A stretch of DNA of 32,000 bases, from assembly GCF_018398935.1 (NCBI RefSeq), contig NZ_CP074694.1, positions 3,480,001 through 3,512,000 on the forward strand, written 5' to 3'. Made by a program: the position numbers and the translations under genes. Of the stretch, positions 24,907 through 32,000 are shown piece after piece. Numbering within the stretch: the first letter of the stretch is position 1; each line of letters opens with the position of its first letter. The notes under the pieces were generated by a model that saw only the letters and a program-made list of their open reading frames with translations, made no database searches and was not told the origin of the DNA. Source of the DNA: Telmatocola sphagniphila. Lineage in GTDB: Bacteria > Planctomycetota > Planctomycetia > Gemmatales > Gemmataceae.

Positions 24907-27900
24907 ATGAAGCCATCCTCCGTTTTTCGCAAATTCATGATCGTCGTGGCGAGCATGGTTTGCGTCGGCTATCTGGTGTTCCGCGCGGCCTACACCTTCA
25001 ATCATTCCACCAATTATGCCACCTTCGCGTCCCTGTTCCTCTACATTGGGGAACTGTTCGGCATCATTAACTTGCTGCTTTACTTCCTGCAGGTTTGGGA
25101 AGTGAAAGAACCGGCGGCCATGCCGGTGATCGAAGGGCGAACCGTCGATGTGTTCGTTCCGACATACAACGAGGATCCGCAACTTCTGCGAGCGACCCTC
25201 GAAGCCTGCGTTCGCATGGATTACCCGCACCGCACCTTCGTCCTCGACGACGGACGTAGGCCGGAAGTAGCGGCCCTCGCCCACGAACTCGGTGTGAATT
25301 ACATCACCCGGCCCGATAATCGCCACGCCAAAGCCGGGAACCTGAATAACGCTTTCGAGCAGACCGACGGTGAATTCGTCATCATCCTCGATGCCGACCA
25401 CGTTCCGGAACCTCACTTCATTACCCGACTGATTGGATACTTCGCCGACGAGCGAGTCGGTTTTGTCCAGACGCCGCACGCTTTTTACAACTTCGATTCG
25501 TTCCAGGCTCAGTTGAATCACAAATCGCGCAAGTACTGGGAAGAAGGCGATTTGTTCTACCGGGTGATCCAGCCTGGTCGTAATCACTGGAATGCCCCGA
25601 TTTTCGCCGGTTCGGCGGCCATGTTCCGTCGGAGTTCGCTCAAGGATATTGGCTATATCGCCGTTGAAACGATCACCGAAGACCTGCACACCGGGATGCG
25701 TATGCACGCTCGGGGCTGGAAAGGAATCGCCATCACGGAACGACTGGTGGCCGGTCAGGCCGCTCCCGATATCACCACCTTCCATGCTCAACGCCTGCGT
25801 TGGGGTGAAGGTAACCTGTCGATCATGGCCTACGATCAACCGCTGACGATGCGCGGCCTGTCCATGCCGCAGCGGCTATGCTACTTCGGCTCGATGATTC
25901 ACTGGGCGAGTGGTGTTTTCAAGCTCGCGATTTATATGACGCCGATTTTGATGCTCTTTACGGGCGTCCCGCCGGTGCGTGAATTCTCCTGGGAATTGGC
26001 CGTCGTTACCGTCGTTTACCTACTCGTTTCGCTGATGGCTTTGAAGATCGTCAGCAACGGCTACGGCTCGATCATCAATTCCGAACTGTTCTCGATGGTG
26101 AACTTCTGGACGCAGATCAAGGCGACTTTCCGGGCGATTTTCCGTCGCCGCTTCCAGCGATTCGTGGTGACGCCGAAGCGAGCCTCGGCCGGGCCTCGAA
26201 CCGTCTGGCCTTACATTCGACCGCAGACTTACATCATCATCGCGGGTGTGCTCGCCTTGTTCTGGGGTTGGTCCCGACCGGCTCTGGGAATTTCCAATGA
26301 CTATTACAAGTCCATGGTGCCGACGTTCTGGGTGCTGTTGCACATTTATTTTGCCTACCTGGTGACGCGCCGCGCCTTCTGGCCGGCGGATAAACGCTAT
26401 GCTACCCGGCACGTTGTTCACCTTCCGGTGGAGTACGATTCGCTCGCGCATGGCGAAACTCGCTTTGGTGTGTCGGTCGATCTGAACGATTCGGGTATGT
26501 CTCTCATCGCCTACGAAAAACTGCCCACGGATCGGGAAATCCGCCTGATGCTACGCGGAGCGAGCGAAGTGTTAAAGTTGAAGGGGGAAATTCGCTCGGT
26601 CAACGAACTGGCCCGCGGGCGCGTTATTGATGGCTATCGTTATGGCATCGCTTTCAAGAACCTGACCACACCTCAGATCGATGCAATCAATCGAATTTGT
26701 CTCCAATATGCTGTGCCGCGCATGTACGCCGAGTACGACAAGGGGAACCGCAACACCCGCTGGAATCGCTTCGTCAACTGGCGCGATCGGGGTATGGCTC
26801 AGCGTCGCGGCAGCAATCGGTACCCGTATCACCTGCCACTGATCGTCAACCCCGGTACCAGCGAAGAGACGGCCTGTTACTCTTCAACCGAAGATATCAG
26901 CCGGGACGCTACCGCCACCTTCGTGGATGTGAACATCCCCGCCAATACAGTTGTCGGTTTCATGATGCCGACCCCACTGGGCGATGTTCGCGGCTTGGGA
27001 CGCGTGGTTCGATCCTCGCCGCAATTCTTTGGCGGCCGAACCTACTATCGCTGCATCATGGAGTTTCAGGATTTTGAAGGCCAGGGACGAACCACTCTGC
27101 AATCGCTGGTAAATCCGGTCGAAACCGCCCATTTGAACGCCGTCCTGAAGCCGGATAAAAAGCCGATCATTCCCCGCATGGGCATTCCGATTCTGATCAT
27201 CAGTCTGATTGCCATTCCGCTGATCATCGCTCAATTGGGTGTGTTCCGCGTAGTGCATCGCGACGACTTCAAGCTGCGGGAATTAATCCAGACCAAGCCG
27301 GATGACATCACCAGCATTCAGCAGCAGGAACTGGATCGTATTTACAACGACACCAAGAAAGATCCCTATCCGACGACGGATCGATTGGTTTTAATGCTGG
27401 AAGCACTTTCCAAGGTGGGACGACAGCGCGATCCCGAAGCGGCCAACATGGTCCGCGAGCTCGCCTCTCGCGACGAGAAGAATCTGGAATTGCGCAGCTC
27501 GGTGGTCGGAGCTATGGACCAGTTGCGTCTGCAGCAGGATGCCGAAGTGGAATATCAGAAACTTCAGGAACTGGAAAAACGGGGCGGTTTCAAAAATCGA
27601 CCCGATCTGGTCAAGAAGTTCCATCTCGCCGGCGCCCGTGTGGCGTTCAAGAGCGGCAATTTCGCGTTGGCCGCGGAGCGATTCAAGGAAATCGCTGCCG
27701 GGGAACCGAATGATCTCGCTTTACGCCGAGAATGTGCCGGGGTGATGATCGAAGCCCGGCGCTACAAGGAAGCCGCCGACTTGCTCTTCGACACTCCCAA
27801 TCTGGACGTGGAAGGCCGTCAGTTCCTGGTGGCCGCGCTAACGCTGGATAAGCAGTACGAAAAAGCCGAGGAAGAGGCCAAGAAACTGCTCGAACTCGCG

Positions 27901-30900
27901 CCGAACGATCCGAAGCACCAGGCGATCCTCGCGGAAGTTTACAGCGCTCGCAATTATCATCAGCAATCTCGAGTGATACTCGAAAAACTGCTGGCTCAGA
28001 ACCCTAACGACACCAATATCCTGCTGAAATTGGCTCAAATCGATCTTTCGAGTCAACAGTGGGAAGATGCTCTGCTGCGTCTGCAATCGCTTATCGAAAA
28101 TAATGAAACTTCAGCGCCCGTCGTCGAAGCCTGGGTCGATGCCGCTTCCAGCTATCCGAAGACACTCACCGAGAAGCAGAAGCAAACCGCCCTCATGATT
28201 TTCGATCGCGAGAGCAAGCAACCTTCGCCCAAGCCGGTGTTTCTGGCTCGACTCAGCTGGGTGCTACAACATCAACTGAATGAAATCGGTAAGTCGCGCA
28301 CCATGCTGGAACATGCCCTTCGGATGGCCCCTTCCGATCAGACGGTGAAGGACCAGTTGGCCGGGGTGCTGATTAAAGCCGGCGAGTGGGAAGAAGCCAT
28401 CAAGATCATGGGAGGCAGCAGTAATCTGGCCGCCCGCAAACTGATGGTGGGCGTCCTGATCAAGAAGGGGGAACTCGACAAAGCGGAGATGGAAGCCCGT
28501 TCGATTCTCGATCAGAATCGGGACGATATCGAAATCGAAAAACTGGTGGCCGACATTCACAGTTGGAAGAAGGAATTCGATAAAGCCCTGACTATGTACG
28601 AAAAGATGCGTGCGGCCAATCCGTCCGATCGCTCCATTCAGGCTCGAATCGCGGAAATCACGCTCTGGAAGGGCACAGATTATCCGGGAGCGCTGGCCAA
28701 GTACACGAAACTGCTGGAGGACGAATTCGACTTCCAGTTCAACCGCAAACAACCCACCCAACAGATTTGGGACGGTTTCATCGATGCGGCCTCCGGAGCC
28801 GCCAGCCTGGATGCCGCACAAACACGCATGGCACTGAAAGTCGCCAGCGCCAAGCTGAAGCTCGAAAAACCGGATCCCATCATGCTATCCCGCATGGCTT
28901 GGGTGCTGTTACGGTCAGTCGATTCGGGGGAGGCGCGGCAAGAAGCCGATAAGCTTCTGACCAAAGCTGTGGAAATGAAGCCGACCGATCCCGCAGTGAA
29001 AAGAGAGCTGGCAGGCGTGCTAGCCAAGGCCGAGAAATACGAAGAGGCCGTCAAGATGATGGAAGGCGTGCCCTATGGGGATTCCGATCGGATTACCCTC
29101 GCTTTCCTTTATTCCGGTTTCAAGAACTTCGACAAGGCCGAGGAGCAGATCAACGCCCTGCTTGCCAAGCAGCCAACTGATAAGAAGCTGCTGAAGATGA
29201 AGGCCGACCTGATGAGCTGGAAGGGAACACCCGCCGAGCAGGATAAAGCTCTCGCCGCCTTCGAACAACTCGTTAAGGATTTCCCCGACGATCCCGAATT
29301 CCCGGTTCGACAGGCCGAAATCGTTCTGTGGAAGAAGGAGTACGAAACGGCGCTCGGGAAGTTTCAAACCTTGCTCAACCAGTATCCGGACAACCCGAAT
29401 ATCTGGGCAGGTTTCGCAACCGCCGCGGCCAATATCAACCGCGAACTACCGGTAGATACGATCGCACTGGCCAAGCGCATTCTGGATCGCGCTTTAGTGA
29501 CGGAACTTAAAAATCCGCTGCTCTATGCTCGAATGGCCATGCTTTCCACGAAATTGAAGGACGCAGCCAAAACCGAGATTTTCGTCAACCGAGCCGTTCA
29601 GAACAAGCCGACCGATTCCGTGGAACGGAAAGAACTGGCCGGCTTGCTGATGGGAATCAACCGATCCCGTGAAGCCGTGAAGATGTACGAAGGGCTGAAA
29701 CTCAATATTGAAGACCGCAAGAACTACATTTACGCTGCCGCTTCGGCCGAGGATCTCAATACTTCGGCGAAGCAGGCCCGTTTGCTGGTTCAGGATGCCC
29801 CGAAAGATCGCGTGGCCCAACGCATTCTGGCCGATGTGCTGAGTTGGAAGGGCGATTTCCAGGAATCGCTGACAATTTACGAACGCCTCCTGCGAAGTTC
29901 CAAGGACGATAACACGCTGAAGATTGACGTTGCCAACGTCAATCTCTGGATGAACGCCTATCCCGAAGCCATGAAGAGATACCAGAATCTGCTTGGGGAG
30001 AAATTCGAACAGGCTTCGCTCTGGGAAGGCTTCATTGATGCCGCTTCCAGCGCCTCGCTTTCGGTTACACTTACCGAGGAGCAAAAACGGCTCGCCCTGC
30101 AGATTTACGATCAATGGTCGCGAATCGAAATTACCGATGCCTCTCGTTTGTCTCGTCTGGGTTGGGTGATGTATAAGGTGGGTGACCTGTCGAAAGCCTC
30201 GGCCACCATGGATCGCGCTTTGCGATTGAATCCGCCCGAACCGTCGGTCCGCAAAGAACTGGCGGGAGTGCTGGCGGCCCTGAAACGCAACACAGAAGCT
30301 CTGGCACTCGTGAAGGATCTGCCCAACCTGAACTTTGCCGAACGCAATACGCTGGCCACCTTGCTGAGTGCCAATAAACGCTTCGACGAAGCCGAGGCAG
30401 AATTGCGGACACTCGTCAAAGCCAAGCCGAACGATCCGGAACTGCGTCGCCAGTTGGCCGATGTATTGCTCTGGAACGGCCGCTATCAGGATGCCGAGGC
30501 GATGTACGCCAATCTTCTGCGGAATATGCCGGCCAACACCGACGTCAAACTGGTTGAGGACGTGCAACTGAAGTTGGCCCAGACCTCCTTGTGGGGCGGC
30601 AACGGACCTATCGCGGCAGAACGCTTCCAGGCTCTGATGAAGAAAGATGCCAACAATCCGGAATACATCGCCGGGTACATCGATTCGCTCTCGACGCTTA
30701 AGGATATTAGCGCTGATCAGGAAAAGGCGATTCGGACCATCAACGCCAAGATTCAAACGCTCAAGACCAGCGAGACCGATCCGCAACGCATCGCAGACGT
30801 TCAGAAACGGCTCCTGAGCAATATGGGCCGGATCATGGCGAAGTTGAGTCTGAAGTCACGCGACGGAGCTTTCGATAAAGCTCGTAGCCGACAGCTCTAC

Positions 30901-31053
30901 ATGCAGGCCATTGCCATGGATCCGCAATCCCGGGCTCTCTGGCAACGTTATGCCCAATCGTTGTTCGACATGCGGGAATTCGGCGAGGCCGATCAGATCC
31001 TGACGTCGATCATCGCCGGGGATGTTCCCACCCTGCCCAAAAACGGAAATTGA
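24907..31053 (+). CDS. BcsA-like family-2 glycosyltransferase fused to tandem PilZ domains, an extra TM helix and a ~1,250-aa TPR-like region
   Basis: One uninterrupted ORF, with an ATG at 24907 or a GTG at 24892. BcsA signature set: VFVPTYNED, VLDDG, HAKAGNLN, ILDADH, QTPHAFYN, ITEDLHTGMRMHARGW, QRLRWGEG and the gating-loop-like FVVTPK. There are 2 + ~6 TM helices. PilZ 1 has RYATR plus DLNDSGMSL. PilZ-like 2 has RGSNR plus EDISRDA. A TM helix IPILIISLIAIPLIIAQLGVF follows, then helical TPR-like repeats run to the C-terminus. Confidence 0.9.
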   Translation: MKPSSVFRKFMIVVASMVCVGYLVFRAAYTFNHSTNYATFASLFLYIGELFGIINLLLYFLQVWEVKEPAAMPVIEGRTVDVFVPTYNEDPQLLRATLEACVRMDYPHRTFVLDDGRRPEVAALAHELGVNYITRPDNRHAKAGNLNNAFEQTDGEFVIILDADHVPEPHFITRLIGYFADERVGFVQTPHAFYNFDSFQAQLNHKSRKYWEEGDLFYRVIQPGRNHWNAPIFAGSAAMFRRSSLKDIGYIAVETITEDLHTGMRMHARGWKGIAITERLVAGQAAPDITTFHAQRLRWGEGNLSIMAYDQPLTMRGLSMPQRLCYFGSMIHWASGVFKLAIYMTPILMLFTGVPPVREFSWELAVVTVVYLLVSLMALKIVSNGYGSIINSELFSMVNFWTQIKATFRAIFRRRFQRFVVTPKRASAGPRTVWPYIRPQTYIIIAGVLALFWGWSRPALGISNDYYKSMVPTFWVLLHIYFAYLVTRRAFWPADKRYATRHVVHLPVEYDSLAHGETRFGVSVDLNDSGMSLIAYEKLPTDREIRLMLRGASEVLKLKGEIRSVNELARGRVIDGYRYGIAFKNLTTPQIDAINRICLQYAVPRMYAEYDKGNRNTRWNRFVNWRDRGMAQRRGSNRYPYHLPLIVNPGTSEETACYSSTEDISRDATATFVDVNIPANTVVGFMMPTPLGDVRGLGRVVRSSPQFFGGRTYYRCIMEFQDFEGQGRTTLQSLVNPVETAHLNAVLKPDKKPIIPRMGIPILIISLIAIPLIIAQLGVFRVVHRDDFKLRELIQTKPDDITSIQQQELDRIYNDTKKDPYPTTDRLVLMLEALSKVGRQRDPEAANMVRELASRDEKNLELRSSVVGAMDQLRLQQDAEVEYQKLQELEKRGGFKNRPDLVKKFHLAGARVAFKSGNFALAAERFKEIAAGEPNDLALRRECAGVMIEARRYKEAADLLFDTPNLDVEGRQFLVAALTLDKQYEKAEEEAKKLLELAPNDPKHQAILAEVYSARNYHQQSRVILEKLLAQNPNDTNILLKLAQIDLSSQQWEDALLRLQSLIENNETSAPVVEAWVDAASSYPKTLTEKQKQTALMIFDRESKQPSPKPVFLARLSWVLQHQLNEIGKSRTMLEHALRMAPSDQTVKDQLAGVLIKAGEWEEAIKIMGGSSNLAARKLMVGVLIKKGELDKAEMEARSILDQNRDDIEIEKLVADIHSWKKEFDKALTMYEKMRAANPSDRSIQARIAEITLWKGTDYPGALAKYTKLLEDEFDFQFNRKQPTQQIWDGFIDAASGAASLDAAQTRMALKVASAKLKLEKPDPIMLSRMAWVLLRSVDSGEARQEADKLLTKAVEMKPTDPAVKRELAGVLAKAEKYEEAVKMMEGVPYGDSDRITLAFLYSGFKNFDKAEEQINALLAKQPTDKKLLKMKADLMSWKGTPAEQDKALAAFEQLVKDFPDDPEFPVRQAEIVLWKKEYETALGKFQTLLNQYPDNPNIWAGFATAAANINRELPVDTIALAKRILDRALVTELKNPLLYARMAMLSTKLKDAAKTEIFVNRAVQNKPTDSVERKELAGLLMGINRSREAVKMYEGLKLNIEDRKNYIYAAASAEDLNTSAKQARLLVQDAPKDRVAQRILADVLSWKGDFQESLTIYERLLRSSKDDNTLKIDVANVNLWMNAYPEAMKRYQNLLGEKFEQASLWEGFIDAASSASLSVTLTEEQKRLALQIYDQWSRIEITDASRLSRLGWVMYKVGDLSKASATMDRALRLNPPEPSVRKELAGVLAALKRNTEALALVKDLPNLNFAERNTLATLLSANKRFDEAEAELRTLVKAKPNDPELRRQLADVLLWNGRYQDAEAMYANLLRNMPANTDVKLVEDVQLKLAQTSLWGGNGPIAAERFQALMKKDANNPEYIAGYIDSLSTLKDISADQEKAIRTINAKIQTLKTSETDPQRIADVQKRLLSNMGRIMAKLSLKSRDGAFDKARSRQLYMQAIAMDPQSRALWQRYAQSLFDMREFGEADQILTSIIAGDVPTLPKNGN
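28132..31053 (+). repeat. tandem ~206-215-aa protein-level super-repeat (five modules) inside the TPR-like region
   Basis: The anchor motif W-x-G-F-(I/A)-D/T-A-A recurs at codons starting 28132, 28768, 29404 and 30022, with a degenerate copy at 30667. The spacings are 636, 636, 618 and 645 nt. Each module also repeats (L/M)SR(L/M)xWV(L/M), (K/R)ELAGVL and two A(D/E)(I/V)xxWK-type helices. Confidence 0.7.
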
Positions 31054-31065
31054 TCCTTAAGCAAT

Positions 31066-31115
31066 AATTCCTTGTCGGGCTTTCAGAGTTCTCGAGATCC
31101 GAAGACTCTGAAAGC
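31066..31115 (+). terminator. rho-independent terminator of the giant synthase gene
   Basis: 13-bp perfect stem GGGCTTTCAGAGT (31066-31078) / ACTCTGAAAGCCC (31093-31105), followed by TTCTTTTTT. It lies 13 nt after the stop. Confidence 0.85.
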
Positions 31116-31187
31116 CCTTCTTTTTTAGCCGGAGCGCTCACTTCGAACTAATCTTATAAGTGTGAATTCCTTCCTCTGAGATCGGCG

Positions 31188-32000
31188 ATGACTACCTTTG
31201 CTCCCCTGCCCTTCGACCCGATTTTCAAACCCGCTCTCTGGGGCGGCCGAAAATTGAAACCGTTCTTCGGACTTCCCGCCACCGAGGAGGCTATCGGCGA
31301 GGCTTGGATTCTGTCCGATCAGGGGGATAACGCCAGCGTGGTGACTGACGGCCCCTGGCAGGGAAAAACGCTACGGGAACTCCTCGAAAGCCATCCGCAC
31401 GAATTGATCGGCTCCTCCAAACTGCCTGGCGGCCGTTTTCCGATTCTGCTGAAATTGATCGATGCAGCGGACAAGCTTTCCGTGCAGGTGCATCCCACCG
31501 ATGATTTATCGACTCGATTCCCTGCTCCCGACGGCAAGCCGCATCCGGGATTAGGTAAAACGGAAGCCTGGGTGATTCTGGAAGCCGCCAAGGACAGCGA
31601 GATCTACGCCGGTGTCAAGCCAGGTACAACAGCCGAGAGTATTCGCGACGATCTTAAAAAGGGTTCGATCACTAATTGGCTGCATGAATTCCATCCCAAG
31701 AGGGGTGACTGCCTGTTTCTGGAAGCGGGAACGGTACACGCCATCGGCAAGAAGATCTTTTTGTTCGAGATTCAGCAAACCAGCGATATTACTTATCGGT
31801 TGTTCGATTGGAATCGCGTGGATGCCAAGACGGGCAAGCCGCGCGATTTACATATCGAGCCGAGTCTGGCTTGCATCGATTATGCCCGAGGGCCGGTCGC
31901 ACCTGTGGTTCCCAAACTGGAACTCGAGCAGGAAGGGACCTGCGAGCGATTGGTCAGCTGCCGGTATTTCGAGCTCTGGCGCTGGTCGATGCAGCAGGAA
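31188..32000 (+). CDS. manA: type I mannose-6-phosphate isomerase (partial, runs off the window end)
   Basis: It is absent from the ORF track because it has no stop within the window. My translation MTTFAPLPFDPIFKPALWGGRKL...LSVQVHPTDD...GKTEAWVILEA...EAGTVHAIG... carries the zinc-ligand motifs of the Bacillus-type class I PMI family. It is in frame to position 32000. Confidence 0.85.
   Translation, partial: MTTFAPLPFDPIFKPALWGGRKLKPFFGLPATEEAIGEAWILSDQGDNASVVTDGPWQGKTLRELLESHPHELIGSSKLPGGRFPILLKLIDAADKLSVQVHPTDDLSTRFPAPDGKPHPGLGKTEAWVILEAAKDSEIYAGVKPGTTAESIRDDLKKGSITNWLHEFHPKRGDCLFLEAGTVHAIGKKIFLFEIQQTSDITYRLFDWNRVDAKTGKPRDLHIEPSLACIDYARGPVAPVVPKLELEQEGTCERLVSCRYFELWRWSMQQE

Noticed and set aside
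24889-25839. 316-aa ORF on the minus strand
   Set aside because: It is entirely antisense to the GT2 catalytic domain, which has unmistakable BcsA motifs. It is a typical shadow ORF in a GC3-biased gene, with no RBS and no recognisable protein features.
29494-30786. 430-aa ORF on the minus strand
   Set aside because: It is antisense to the repeat-conserved TPR region of the giant gene. The plus-strand frame carries the periodic conserved motifs. The minus-frame product is low-information and rich in Arg, Gly and Gln.
1-32000. Scan for tRNA/rRNA genes, CRISPR arrays, IS/transposase or integrase genes, and long direct or inverted terminal repeats
   Set aside because: The intergenic regions contain no T-loop-type GGTTCGAATCC motifs. 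There are no regularly spaced short repeats, no transposase- or integrase-like ORFs, and no long nucleotide-level repeats. The only large periodicity is protein-level, inside the giant gene.

Overview
This looks like a 32-kb chromosomal window from a Planctomycetota-like genome. That assignment is an inference from a Tat-signal DUF1501 protein, a giant multidomain envelope protein and Asn/Gln/Pro-rich secreted proteins. All calls come from reading the ORF translations and the DNA by eye; no database search was run. I support about 24 protein-coding genes, and I found no rRNA, tRNA, CRISPR array or recognisable mobile element. The gene content, in order, is:
- 1-5.4 kb, minus strand: an exported aldo/keto reductase, a DUF6582-like protein, a DUF4142 protein, a striking low-complexity secreted protein and an ABC exporter.
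- 6.1-8.1 kb, plus strand: a BON-like/degenerate-receiver protein and a Gfo/Idh/MocA oxidoreductase.
- 8.2-13 kb, minus strand: a tightly packed kaiC-kaiB-kaiB-hybrid histidine kinase operon with no kaiA.
- 13-19.8 kb: membrane proteins, a histidine kinase with an N-terminal pseudo-receiver, a secreted Asn/Gln-rich protein with three LTXXQ-type motifs, a hypothetical exported protein and a DUF1501 protein.
- 19.9-24.5 kb: htpG, an alpha/beta hydrolase and an AAA+ ATPase.
- 24.9-32 kb: a 2,048-aa (2,053 aa from the alternative GTG start) single-polypeptide BcsA-like glycosyltransferase, then a partial type I mannose-6-phosphate isomerase.

The BcsA-like protein is fused to two PilZ domains, an extra transmembrane helix and about 1,250 aa of TPR-like repeats built from five tandem ~212-aa super-modules. 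The most interesting candidates are this fused c-di-GMP-type synthase/scaffold protein and the kaiA-less kaiCBB-kinase cluster with pseudo-receiver proteins nearby. Secondary candidates are several sigma-54-like promoters, perfect hairpins and unannotated small ORFs in unusually long intergenic regions.
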